Part shown: piece after piece, positions 1 through 12,460 of the stretch
How the letters are laid out: each line of letters opens with the position of its first letter
Numbering within the stretch: the first letter of the stretch is position 1
From: Octopus vulgaris
Taxonomy: Eukaryota
Direction of reading: 5' to 3'
DNA length: 64,000 nucleotides
NCBI GenBank assembly: GCA_951406725.2
Contig: OX597820.1
Coordinates: 120,838,001 to 120,902,000, forward strand
Made by a program: the position numbers and the translations under genes
The notes under the pieces: model-generated
Database searches by the model: none
Seen by the model: the letters and a program-made list of their open reading frames with translations, nothing else
Told to the model about the DNA's origin: nothing

Positions 1-202
1 ATATATTAATGGCCCATTGAAGAATCGTTCCGCGAGAATGATGTTTGATGGTTGAGATCAAAGAGAAACAAATCATGTGTAAATGAAACGCTAATTAGAT
101 CTAGGACCATTTTCGGGGAAAATAGTAATGTGGAGTACAACTGAATGAATCTAGCGGAAAAAGACAAATAGAATGTATAGAAAATAGGAGTGTTGAAGGG
201 AC

Positions 203-226
203 AGAAGAAGAAGAAGAAGAAGAAGA

Positions 227-290
<64 letters not shown>

Positions 291-850
291 TATGTGTGGG
301 TATGGGTGTGAAATAAAGTATGAGAGAATTGAAAAACGGAAGTTAATGAGGTGCAGCAGAGATGAAGTGAGGAAAGTAAGACGATGTAAATGGTGAGTTT
401 GTGTGAGAGTGAGAAAGAAAACAATATGTGCAAGAGTTGGAAAGAACGAGCATGGGAGAGAAAATGGAGAGAGAGTGAGAGGGAGAGCGAGAGAGAGAGA
501 GAGAGAGAGTGAGTGAGTAAGAGTGATAGATTGAGAGTGTGAGAGAGAAATCTTGCAAGAAAATGATGAAAGGAATGGATTCACTGAGGCAGAAATGTAA
601 ACAGAGAGAAAAGGTAAAGAGATAATCTTTAGACTCGAGAATGAGATATGTAGAGATAGTGTATGATATAAAGATTGAAGGAAAGATAGATCGATACGAA
701 ATATATATGTACATGCATATACATACATATGTGTGTGTGTTTATATGTATAAAGAGAGGGAGAGAGAAGAATGAGAGAGAGAGAGAGAGAGAAGAAAGAA
801 AGAACGAGAATGAAAGAGAGAATGGAAGAGAAGAAGAGAGGGAGAGAGAA
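203..850. repeat. Purine-rich low-complexity region with (AAG)n and (AG)n microsatellites
   Basis: Direct runs of aag/ag at 203-288, 465-510 and 750-850. Confidence 0.9.
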
Positions 851-1763
851 AAACAGGGACATAATATTTAAGTATATACAGTGTTACACTAATTTCGTTA
901 AACACTTGATAAAAGTTGCATCGCTGAACTGAAAAATGGAAGCGAAAAAAGGAAAAGAAGCCATATTTTTATGTATTATGAGAATGAGAGAACAAGGAGA
1001 AAGAAAAAGGATAAATTGTCCCAAAATGGGAAATTATGAGAATATTTCTGACATGTAATGGAACACATATGGAGGTGTGAGAAAAGAAATTAAAAGAAAT
1101 GTTGGCGTAGAAGCAGCGAATGAATGATACAAATGGTGTATGCTAAAAAGTACAAGTAAAAAATGTGGAACATTAGAAGGCTGGATCAATAAACAAAGGC
1201 ATCGATCAGGTTAGAGGGGGAACGTGATAAGAGAAGGACACACATGAAAGAAAGTGAGTTAGATCTGTGAGAATAATTAGAAACTGTGTTGATTTAAACA
1301 TACAATAGCTCTGTTTGCACTTAAATTTGCCGATAGAGACCTATCTATCTCATCTCTTCATTCAAATGGTATCTTCCTCCAAGAAGTACAAGACAAACTA
1401 CCACCATCGGGATAGCCAAACACACATCTTTGCTCGAGTGTTCCATGGTGTCTCGAAGCATGATAAAAGAACCTCTGCGGGCGGTGCTATTAAGCCGTTC
1501 GTAGCCTGGGCTGATAATGTCCCAAATTAATTTCAATTATATAATATTTATAACCACTTTTAGTACGGTTTGTGGCCTTTTCTATTTCATTAACTGTTCT
1601 GAGAGTGTTGGACAGACTGTGTTTTGAATAAAAAGCATGTTAAGATTTCTCTGATTTGCCATAAATTTTATTTACCATTATCGCTGCGTTCACAGATATC
1701 AATCCAATTAATTTCTATTGTCAAAGTGGTTTCCGTCATATGATTTGCTGCATAGAATGGTTT

Positions 1764-1971
1764 CAGATTTTGTCACAAGGGCAGCCATTTTGGGGAGGGG
1801 ACGATGTGGATTACATCAACCCCGGTGTTCCACTAGTACCTTATTTATCGACCCGGAAAAGGTTGAAAGGCAATGTCGAGCTCGGCGGAATTTGAACTCA
1901 GTATGAAAGAATGGGCGAAATTCCGCAATGTATTTTGCCCGGTCTGCTAACGATTCTGCCAGTTCGTCGCC
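1764..1971 (-). mobile_element. Older, diverged SINE-A-related copy
   Basis: Reverse match to the SINE-A head (ggcgacgaactggcagaatcgttagc), B-box gagttcaaattcc and gcctttca core, with a different tail. Confidence 0.75.
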
Positions 1972-4490
1972 TTGAATTCGCAGTATATAATGATATGACC
2001 TATGAATTGGAGCGAGACTCATGGGGGAAATGAGAGGCTAGCACAAGCGAGAAGCAACCGAGCTGCACAATTCTGGAACTGGTTCAATCTCTCTTTCCCT
2101 CTCAGTGTGTCTTTCTTCTTTCTCTTTCTCTCAGTCTCACCCCTCTCTCTCTCCCTCTCCTTCTCACCATATATCTCTCTCTTTCTATGTTAATCTAGCT
2201 CACCCATAAACAACAGTCGACCAGAAAATTGGTGAATTTGTATGGCGGGAAAACTCGCTCACTTTCTGTGACGTGGCTGCTGAAGCCAGTGATAAATCAT
2301 CCAGTGCTCATTGGTCAAACAAATGATGCTGTTTGTGTCAACCGTGGTCATCTTATGAAAACATATTTAGGTCTTGATTCAAAATACGACAAAATCAGAG
2401 AACTAAGGTATGAATCAAATTCAAACTATGGTTCGAACTTGAATAACTCCCATGCAAATATCCGCTAACGAAACGAAAGTATGCAGTAAATCGAGGAACT
2501 AAGAGCGAACATAATTCCGAGATTTACAGAAAATATAAAGGCAAAAATTCTCACAAGCGTAAGAGAAGATATCACAATATTCACAGAAGTCCAGACAAAA
2601 TGTTCAACATACGCTCAACACTACCTAAGCTTGTTCTTATATTTCATCTTTCATAATGATATGAATATCCGAATATGTTATATGACACTCCATCTAATCT
2701 TCTGTAACCATATAATATTCTTCTCATATTTTCTTTTTGATGGATTCTTCTTTTGGACTGAGAAGCAAAGGTAATAAGTAATTAATTATAATTATAATTT
2801 ATTTAATTTTTCCATGTTTCTTACATGTTGGTGTTGCCATTCGAAACGATCGTATGTATGGATTGAAATTTTATAAAAACTTTTAACATCTTCTCTTCTC
2901 CATGTTTAATTGTTGAGTTTATATACGATACGAGTTCTATAAATGCTCGTAACACACTTTATACTTGTAATATTTTCATATTAATAAATACTTACAATGG
3001 TAAAGCTAACAATTTTAATATGAAGAATCTTTATTAGAGATCAAACTTTGGACGCCACTCCAAAGTAAAAGGATGAAAATGAAATCAACCTTTCTCATAT
3101 ATATATATATATGTGTGTGTGTGTATGTGTGTGTGTGTGTGTGTGTGTGCGTGTGTGTGTGTGTAACTGGCAATCACAGCACAAGCACTTTATGTAGGAA
3201 CTTGGCTAACATAGTCTTCGACTAGAGGCATAAAAGTTACGTATTTTAATTAACCAAAGGAGGATTAATCAATTATTAAGGGACTGTCTCACCAATCTAA
3301 GTGTATATTAAGTGGGTTATTTTACAATCCACGCAGACCATCCACAATTTTAATTTAGGATGCGAGAAGTTAAATAACGGTCACGTACGTTTCGCCATTT
3401 ATTTCATAATAGATGCACTGTTATGCAATAAGATTTCATTTCCTTCTTTAAACAATATAATTTGAATCACTGTCAGCTTGCGGGGCTAATTCCTGAGTTG
3501 ATTATCGTGATTCAAATTGTGTCTGAAGAAATATATCAACCATGAATTTATTGTACAAATTACATAAATTTCTACAATGATGAAATAATGTCGTTCGTTC
3601 CAAAGTGGTACTATATTAGACACATATAGGTACCTTGTCACACACAAACACACATTCTCACCCCTCCATGTGTGTGTGTGTGACGAGGTACTTAGATGAT
3701 TCTACCACTTTGTAATTAATATATATATCTTAAGCCGTTCCCATGAACTTTAAGACTTATTTATTATATCTTTCTTTTTCTGTTTATACCCTAAATGCGG
3801 TTCGTCCTACGCAGGTGGTATGATATAACATATGAAATGTTCAGAAAATAATTACAAATTGTTAATGCATTGAAACGGAATCCAGCTTCAGGACGCTAAT
3901 GACTTCCAAGTACATTAGCTACATTGCTCTTTTGCTAATTAAAACAACACCCATATAGAAACATTTAATACAAGAATGATTATTAAGAGGAAGTTGTAAG
4001 AAAAGAAAATAATAGAACATCTTACGTTTGTTTAATAATAAATGGGTCTTTGAAACATGCACGTTGCGAGGATTGTTCATTAGGTAATTATATCAAGAAT
4101 AAATTTACCTACTCTTTATATTCTCCCATTTTAATTGACTCGTTTTTCCTGTAGTATTTCCATATATATTGAGCAATTTCAATATATATTTTGAGGGGAT
4201 GTTTTTTTTCTAAAAAAAAAAATATTTCTATTCTGTTGGAGGATAACAGAGAACTCTATAAATGAAATCATTATTTAACGATATTACGTCCAAGTAACAG
4301 CGACGCTTACACTTGCATTTAGAGTAATATCGTATATGTGTGGCTAATCCAGCATAAATTATCCATTTATCTAAAACTTTTTGAATATATGTCCGTGTGT
4401 AGATTTACAAATCCATACAGGTACAAACACACGCTCAAACAGAGACACACACGCATGTAAGGGGAGAGGTCAACGGTTTGATAAATATGA

Positions 4491-4721
4491 GACGGCGAGC
4501 TGGCAGAAACGTTATCACGCCGGGCGAAGTGCGTAGCCGTATTTCGTCTGCCGTTACGTTCCCAGTTCAAATTCCGCCGAGGTCGACTTTGCCTTTCATC
4601 CTTCCGGGGTCGATAAATTAAGTACCAGTTACGCACTGGGGTCGATGTAATCGACTTAATACCTATGTCTGTCCTTGTTTGTCCCCTCTATGTTTAGCCC
4701 CTTGTGGGTAATACAGAAATA
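4491..4721 (+). mobile_element. tRNA-derived SINE-A, full length
   Basis: A-box-like tggcagaaacg, B-box agttcaaattcc, core gcctttcatccttccggggtcgataaattaagtaccag; 16-bp TSD ggtttgataaatatga at 4475-4490 and 4722-4737. Confidence 0.9.
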
Positions 4722-5206
4722 GGTTTGATAAATATGAGGCATTCTCTAGAGGTGGTGACAATCTTGATAGAACTGAAATGCTTGTTGTAAGGCATTTGTC
4801 ACACAGATGTTTCTATGTTTTTGAAATAAAACTCAGTGGCCGTTTCCAAGTATGTCTCCATCTGATTTTTGTATTCATTTCGTAATGTGGATGTGTACTA
4901 GGTGAATGCATTTGTTAAAAATGAAAATAGAATATCAAGTTGAAGAATCAACTATAAGTTGAGTTTTAATGCAACACATCTGTTGTGCGAAACATTCGTT
5001 AAAAATAATTACAACTACAAGGGGTTGATCAACTTACAAGAATTACATACGGAAATTTGTGAATAACTTTAGAAATATTCATATTTTTCTTTGTAAATGG
5101 GATGGAATGAGTTAAAATATTATTTGTAGAGTTGATCTCACGTGTGTGTTTATGATATCGACGAACATACATTTAAATATCAGTTGAAAATACGTTCGCG
5201 TATGTC

Positions 5207-5257
<51 letters not shown>

Positions 5258-5423
5258 CATCATCATCATCATCATCGTTTAGCGTCCGCTTTCCATGCTA
5301 GCATGGGTTGGACGGGTCAACTGGGGTCTGTGAAGCTTGAAGGCTTCGTCAGGCCCAGTCAGATCTGGCAGTGTTTCTACGGCTGGATGCCCTTCCTAAC
5401 GCCAACCACTCCGCGAGTGTAGT

Positions 5424-6100
5424 GGGTGTTTTTTACGTGCCACCTGCACAGGTGCCAGACAAAGCTGGCGAACGGCCACGAACGGACGGTGTTTTTACGT
5501 GTCACCAGCACGGGGGCCAGCCGAGGCTGGCAACGGACGCGAACGGATGGTGCTTTTACGTGCCACCGACACGGTTGCCAGACAGAGCTGGCAAACGGCC
5601 ACGAGCGGACGGTGCTTTTACGTGTCACCGGCACGGGGGCCAGCCGAGGCTGGCAACGGACACGAACGGATGGTGCTTTTACGTGCCACCGACACGGGGC
5701 CAGACAGAGCTGGCAAACGGCCACGAACGGATGGTGCTTTTACGTGCCACCGACACGGGGCCAGACAGAGCTGGCAAACGGCCACGAACGGACGGTGCTT
5801 TTACGTGTCACCGACACGGGGCCAGGCGAGGCTGGCAACGAACACGAACGGATGGTGCTTTTACGTGCCACCGACACGGGGCCAGGCAGAGCTGGCAAAC
5901 GGCCACGAGCGAATGGTGCTTTTACGTATCACCGGCACGGGTGCCAGACGAGGCTGGCAACGAACACGAACGGATGGTGCTTTTACGTGCCACCGACACG
6001 GCGGGGCCAGGCAGAGCTGGCAAACGGCCACGAGCGAATGGTGCTTTTACGTATCACCGGCACGGGTGCCAGACGAGGCTGACAGCGGACACGAACGGAT
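5424..6100 (-). repeat. ~61-bp tandem array, 11 units, within the RTE 3' UTR
   Basis: 11 copies of ggtg(c/t)ttttacgt..cacc..cac; two unit types (cagagctggcaaacggcc and cgaggctggcaacg(g/a)ac) mostly alternate. Confidence 0.95.
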
Positions 6101-6149
6101 GGGTCACTTAACCCCTGCTTTCTGATATATGATTTGATTTTGATTGTTC

Positions 6150-6745
6150 TCACTGGTCTTGCCGGGTCTTCTCACGCACAGCATACTTCCATAGGTCTCG
6201 GTCTCTGGTCATTTCCTTGGTGAGACCTAGAGTTCGAAGGTCGTGCTTCACCACCTCGACCCAGGTTTTCCTGGGTCTACCTCTTCCACAGGTCCCCTCA
6301 ACTGCCAGGGTGTGGCACTTTTTCACACACCTATCTTCATCCATTCTCACCACATGACCATACCAGCGCAATCGTCTCTCTTGCACACAACATCTGATTC
6401 CTCTTAGGTCCAACATTTCTCTCAAGGTACTTACACTCTGTCGACTATGAACACTGACATTACACATCCAACGGAGCATACTAGCTTCATTTCTCGCGAG
6501 CTTACGCATGTCCTCAGCAGTCACGGCCCATGTTTCACTGCCATGTAGCATGGCTGTTCGTACACATGCATCATACAGTCTGCCTTTTACTCTGAGCGAG
6601 AGGCCTTTAGTCACCAACAGAGGTAAGAGCTCCCTAAACTTTGCCCAGGCTATTCTTACTCTAGCCGTTACACTTTCAGCACACCCACCCCCACTACTGA
6701 CTTGGTCACCAAGATAACGGAAGCTATCAACTACTTCTAGGTATT
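6150..6745 (-). pseudogene. RTE reverse transcriptase C-terminal fragment
   Basis: LEVVDSFRYLG, KGRLYDACVRTAMLHGSETW, RRLRWYGHVVRM and RGRPRKTW are RTE motifs; the ORF-track N-terminus is just (TA)n. Confidence 0.9.
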
Positions 6746-6775
6746 GGTTATATATATATATATATTTTATATATA

Positions 6776-7440
6776 TATTGTTGTATTTCGGAATGGTCAT
6801 TTTGCCAGTTTAGCCAATATATGTAATCAGGCAAACTACAACGAGACTTGTGCAGCTCTCCATGGGATCATCCGGTTCCGTCGAGGTTACCGACCTCATT
6901 GGACTATTCATACTCCACTAGCTCCATATACATTTTCCTAACCTCAAGAGATGCTTCTGCAGAGATGAAGCCCTGATACATAACAAGAGCGTAAATAAAT
7001 CCTCTTTAGAACGAACTAGAAAAGATCTACACCAATATTTCTCAAGCCTAAGCCTATCTATTACTTTTGAAAATTCCCACAAAACCACTAACTTTTTACC
7101 CGTAAGTTTAAACTTAGAAACCTCCCAGCACTCCACTTTTCACAAAGCTAACCAATACCTTAAATACTTAAACATTTACTCCAATCACCCCAAATCCACC
7201 TTTGATAACATAATTAAGAGTATCTCGATCCGTATATCTGACATCTCTTTCACTAAGCAAGTATTCAATAACCACGCCTGATATTACGACCAAGCGCTCG
7301 CTGCCAGAGGCTTCTCCTAACAAATAAAATACGTCACTAATACTAGGCGCAATCAACATATATCTCACATCACATCACAACGACATGCCAACCAGCAGCA
7401 TCACAACAGACCACACATACGGTATGCTAGAATCCAGGCA
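6776..7440 (+). mobile_element. Penelope-like element RT fragment preceded by a pLTR-like piece
   Basis: Frameshifted translation includes YLNIYSNHPKSTFDNIIKSISIRISDISF...YYDQAL (PLE RT thumb-like); 6776-6817 matches the element at about 13407-13449. Confidence 0.65.
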
Positions 7441-7478
7441 GAACCTTCAAGAAGACAACCTAGACATCATACTCATAC

Positions 7479-7568
7479 ATAAACACTCACAACGCCCGGT
7501 CTGAGAATCGAAACCGCTATCTTACGACCGCGAGTCCTTTACCCTTAACACTAGGCTATTGCGCCTCC
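7479..7568 (-). mobile_element. SINE-B head fragment
   Basis: Reverse of ggaggcgcaatagcctagtg...gactcgcggtcg...ggtttcgattc. Confidence 0.85.
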
Positions 7569-8247
7569 ATGCTGGCCGTGATAGATGATACTTGAATACT
7601 CTAGTGAAAGGTACTTTGGAGTTGTTTTTGTTAAAATCAATCTCTTCCCTGAGGCTAAGACTATTGTACTATTTACTACGAGAGACTGTGGCGAACATCT
7701 ATGTAGTTACTCTGACAGAAATAAGAGAAATAATACTCACGAAATTCAACATTTTATTATATAAATAAAAATGTACAATTGTTAATGCAGACCTGAAAAT
7801 ATTAAGTGACAACGAAGTGGTATATCTATGGCTATGAATCACTTAAAATTCTCGTTGATCAGAAGTAAACTGATACGCAAGAAAGAGTAGGCCAAAGATA
7901 TGACTTCGATTATATTGATGAAGAAATAAACGATCTTCAGCATCATCACCATAGCATTTGTTTATGTTTTCTATAATTGAGCTAAATTTGTTTATAAATT
8001 AAATGATACGACATTCGAAAATCCGGAAAGTTCCATTGAAAATTGTTAAGAAATACTTGTTTACTACAGAAAAGAAATCAGACAAAGAAGCAATTTTCTT
8101 TGATTAAGCGAAAAAAAAAAGCAAAAGAAAGAGAGAAAGAAGACTTATGAACCGTTTTTTATCATATCTTCCGCACCCTCTCTATTTATCGACTTATTTA
8201 TTTATGAATCTGTTTATTCTCCTTTTCTATCTATCTATCTATCTATC

Positions 8248-8312
<65 letters not shown>

Positions 8313-8362
8313 TTCTTTTTAATCTAGTTACTAATTTACCAACCTACGAAGCTAGCAATCCG

Positions 8363-8428
<66 letters not shown>

Positions 8429-8799
8429 ATTATAAATTTCTTTCGTTTTGGTTCTTTTTTTTTCGTTCTTTTCTTCATGTAGTTTCTTTTGTTTCTTCTA
8501 TTTTTAAAAAGTTACTTCAGATAATCTGTCTCATGATTTTAGTAATTTTAGTAAATATTTTGACTATTATGATGGTAAATACAACCACTTCCCTTCCTGA
8601 AGTCTACAAATCAATAGTATTTTTCATAGAAATGTCTATTGTTTCTTTGTAATAGTTATATTCGAAATTAGTTAGGAGGCCAATGTCGAGAGATAAATGT
8701 AATTATCCTGTGTAGGCGAGGTGGAAGATGTAATATTCTATGATGGCAAAATCTTCTAAATCTGTGATATTATAGTGGCAGTGGCAGAAAAAAAAGGGA

Positions 8800-9350
8800 C
8801 AGTGTTCATGGCTTTGGAAAACCGCCTTGACCGTTAAGGTGGACACCATTAATGTAAGCTACAACCGTAACCCATCATCAGCACGTATTGTACGAGGATG
8901 GAGGTAATTCCAGTGGACCAACATTCTGGGAAGAAACGACTGGAGGATTTTTTCTAAGAGCGGCGTCTGCGGTAGTAAGTGATGAGAGTAGAAGAGGCCG
9001 ATCTTTGAATGAGAAACCATGCAATTTGGGATTGAAATGGCAGAGGCGACAACATGGGAGAAAGCCACGGGTCGGGGCATAAAGGATAACTTTATTAAAT
9101 CATAATCAATGATAGTTGATGAGCAATCAGGTGTCCTTTTCTAAATGAATTCTATGATATTTGTGCGTAAATCAATGTCAGAGTAATACTTTGTTGTGTG
9201 CCTCATCTGAGCTTCGTAACGGGACCTCTTACAGGTGATATGTTCCACAACTTTATAGTTAGTTGTAGACACCTGGTGAGGCAGATAATGGCGCTTTTAG
9301 ACGGCTTTGTTGCTTTCTATAATAATTAAGAGCTCCGAGACATTTCTTTG
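8800..9350 (-). mobile_element. Degenerate CR1/L2-like LINE RT C-terminus
   Basis: SFLPRMLVHWNYL resembles the SFxPRxxxxWNxLP motif; boundaries approximate. Confidence 0.4.
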
Positions 9351-10139
9351 CATGCATATCTTTCATTCAGATATTACGCTTGCTGCGAAATACATTCTAA
9401 CTTATTTTGACAAGACAGTTTCTATTTGTTTCATTCAGTGATATTTTAGAATTGGGATATTCTAGAATTATATTTTTATTCGTATTTGATCAAACCTTTA
9501 TTCGTTAAACGTATATTCTCATCGGTGAGTACAGTATTTTCCCCCAAATAAGATAAAGAGGAAAGGCGAGGGAAAATTTACGATCCACTTATAGATCACT
9601 CGGTCCCATAAACAAATCTTTAGTGAATGTTTATCAGCGTGGATGCAATTTCTTCTATAAATGGAATGCATTTAAGTGAACAGAGAACCAATGCAACCCA
9701 ATGGAGTCAAGTGCCCTTGTAACAGTAACGTTGAACTAAGTCACATCTTTGAAAAATGTTTCTTTAAGGAATACTGAGCCAGATATACTGTGTCGAGGCA
9801 GATTCGTTGATGTAACAACAAGATTAACGATTGATTAAAGCGAAATAGGATTTCTTATTTTGTATTTGACCTCTTATCTTAATTCAAATTCTAACCTGAT
9901 TAAATTTCCAGATGTTGATGGCGATCGGATGAAAGATGAAAACATTGCTATTATACTATATTTTACAGTCCTATATTCAAGAGATGTGGAATTATTTACA
10001 TTATTTACATTTGACGGATATTTGACCTCATCTTGTTCGTTGTTAACACAACGTGTCGGCTGATATACCCTCCAACCTTCATCAGGTGTCTTAGGGAAAT
10101 TTCGAACCTGGGTTCTCATTCCTAAGGTATATTTCGATC

Positions 10140-10392
10140 TCCTTCTTCTTCTTCTTCTTCTTCTTCTTCTTCTTCTTCTTCTTCTTCTTCTTCTTCTTCT
10201 TCTTCTTCTTCTTCTTCTTCTCTTCTTCTTCTTCTTCTTCTTCTTCTTCTTCTTCTTCTTCTTCTTCTTCTTCTTCTTCTTCTTCTTCTTCTTCTTCTTC
10301 TTCTCCTCCTCCTCCTCCTTCTCCTCCTCCTCCTTCTTTTTCTTCTTCTTCTTCGTCTTCTTCTTCTTCTTCGTCTTCTTCTTCTTCTTCGT

Positions 10393-10478
<86 letters not shown>

Positions 10479-10486
10479 CATTATTA

Positions 10487-10570
<84 letters not shown>

Positions 10571-10573
10571 GTA

Positions 10574-10644
<71 letters not shown>
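10140..10644. repeat. Compound (CTT)n/(CCT)n/(ATT)n microsatellite, ~500 bp
   Basis: Direct observation. Confidence 0.97.
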
Positions 10645-10647
<3 letters not shown>

Positions 10648-10777
10648 TTCACTGCCTGGAATCGAACTCGGAATCTTGGGGTTAGTAGCCCGCGCTCTTA
10701 ATCACATGGGGCGTAGTGGTAATAATAACATCGAAATATATCTTAGGAATGAGAACCCAGGTTCGAAATTTCTCCAA

Positions 10778-10823
10778 GACACCTGATGAAGGCTGGAGGG
10801 TATATCAGCCGAAACGTTGTGTT
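10778..10823 (+). ncRNA. Minimal type I hammerhead ribozyme motif
   Basis: gacac-CTGATGA-a-ggctg(gagggtatat)cagcc-GAAAC-GTT-gtgtt; palindromic aacgtt as stem III. Confidence 0.75.
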
Positions 10824-11259
10824 AACAACAAACAAGATGAGGTCAAATATCCGTCAAATGTAAATAATGTAAATAATGTACATAATGTATTCTATATTTT
10901 GTTCTGAAGATCAGTGATACTCTGTTCGTATTCAAGAGTATTTCTTATGCCAGTATACTGTAAAAACAAATATATACTGAGCCGTTACCTTCGCATTTTA
11001 AAGATATAAGAAAGGAATATAGCTGCTATGTCTACCTTGCTCAGGCACCACGAAGGAATTTTATCGCTGCTTCATGACATCGGTGTCGTTTAGAGCCGGG
11101 TCGATCCTTTTTCATCAGATTGAGGATTAATGACACTTTGCAAATATCCGTAGGGTTTTTGTTTTGAAAGGATCGATCGGTGTGAAAAGCGTGATGAAGT
11201 TTATGTAATTCTTCGTTGGTAAATCAAACTCGGTCACATTTCTGTTGTCACTTTTAATG

Positions 11260-12026
11260 AAGACGACGACGACAAAGACGATGACGTGAATGATGATGAA
11301 CGATGATGAAGCGGAGGAGGAGGTGGGAGATTTTGGTGATGATGAGGATAAAGATGATGACGATGATGATGATGATGATTTCTCTGATTATGACGCAATA
11401 GTGTAGATAATTATGTACATAATAATTGGGCGGTGGAAATTGTGATTTTCCTACTGATTGCGGTTATCATGATTCCTAACTACACTGATTGTGATTACAA
11501 TTATCAAGGTGGTAATGATAATGATGATGATGACGATGATGTTGGTGTTGGTGCTGGAGTTAGTGTTAGCGTTGGTGGTAGTGGTGGTAGTGGTAGTGGT
11601 GGTGGAGGTAGAGGTGGGAGTGGTAATATTGATGTTGGTGATGACGATGATAATGATGATCATGATGAGTATGGTGGTGGTGGTGGTGGTGGTGATGGTG
11701 GTGGGGATCATGATGATGACGGTGACGACGAAGATAACGAAGATGTTGGAAATACTGATGATGTGATTACGATATTTGCAGCAATTTGTGTAAGTGGAGG
11801 CGCTAGTGGTACGATTGGGGGAATATGGTGGTGTAATTGTTGAGAGCTCGCATTGACAATTCTTGTGCAATGCCTGCTCTGCCTATGTCCTCGCTCACGC
11901 ATTAATTATTATTTCACATGATGATGATGATGATGATGATGATGACCATTATGAAGATGATGATGATAACTGTGATGTTGGTGATGTTGGTGATGATGAT
12001 AATGGTAGTGACTATGGTGGTGGTAT

Positions 12027-12103
<77 letters not shown>

Positions 12104-12263
12104 CTGATGCTGATGATGATGGAGATGATGATGATTTTCATCATCCTTATCGTTATCCCCATAACGGTTGATTTGACGTAAATGATGATGATGATTATTA
12201 TTATGAAGATGATAACTGTGATGCTGGTGGTGATAATAATGGTAGTGATTATAGTGGTGGTAG

Positions 12264-12306
<43 letters not shown>

Positions 12307-12390
12307 AATCATGATCATGATGATAATGAGGATGATGATGATGATGATGATGATAATCATGATCATGATGATAATGAGGATGATGATGAC

Positions 12391-12421
<31 letters not shown>

Positions 12422-12460
12422 AAGATGATGATTTTCATCATCCTTATCGTTATCCCCATC
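11260..12460. repeat. (GAT)n/(GGT)n cryptic trinucleotide region with an internal duplication
   Basis: gat/ggt runs; gatgattttcatcatccttatcgttatccccat occurs at about 12130 and 12427. Confidence 0.9.

Larger units (their letters stand above)
5258..6746 (-). mobile_element. 5'-truncated RTE-clade LINE with long 3' UTR and (GAT)n tail
   Basis: RT C-terminal ORF, 3' UTR motif ggcgttaggaagggcatccagccg, (gat)6 terminus; flanked by (TA)n on both sides. Confidence 0.88.
9970..10885. mobile_element. Inverted pair of PLE terminal modules (tRNA-like head, microsatellite, hammerhead)
   Basis: About 9990-10138 is the reverse complement of about 10730-10880; tRNA-like head at 10645-10705 (minus); third copy at 42731-42960. 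Confidence 0.8.

Noticed and set aside
6-871. ORFs over AG/TA/GATA microsatellites, here and throughout the window
   Set aside because: Low-complexity translations (YIYI, LSLS, RERE)
5371-6125. Three long overlapping ORFs over the 61-bp array
   Set aside because: Artefact of a stop-poor GC-rich repeat in an RTE 3' UTR
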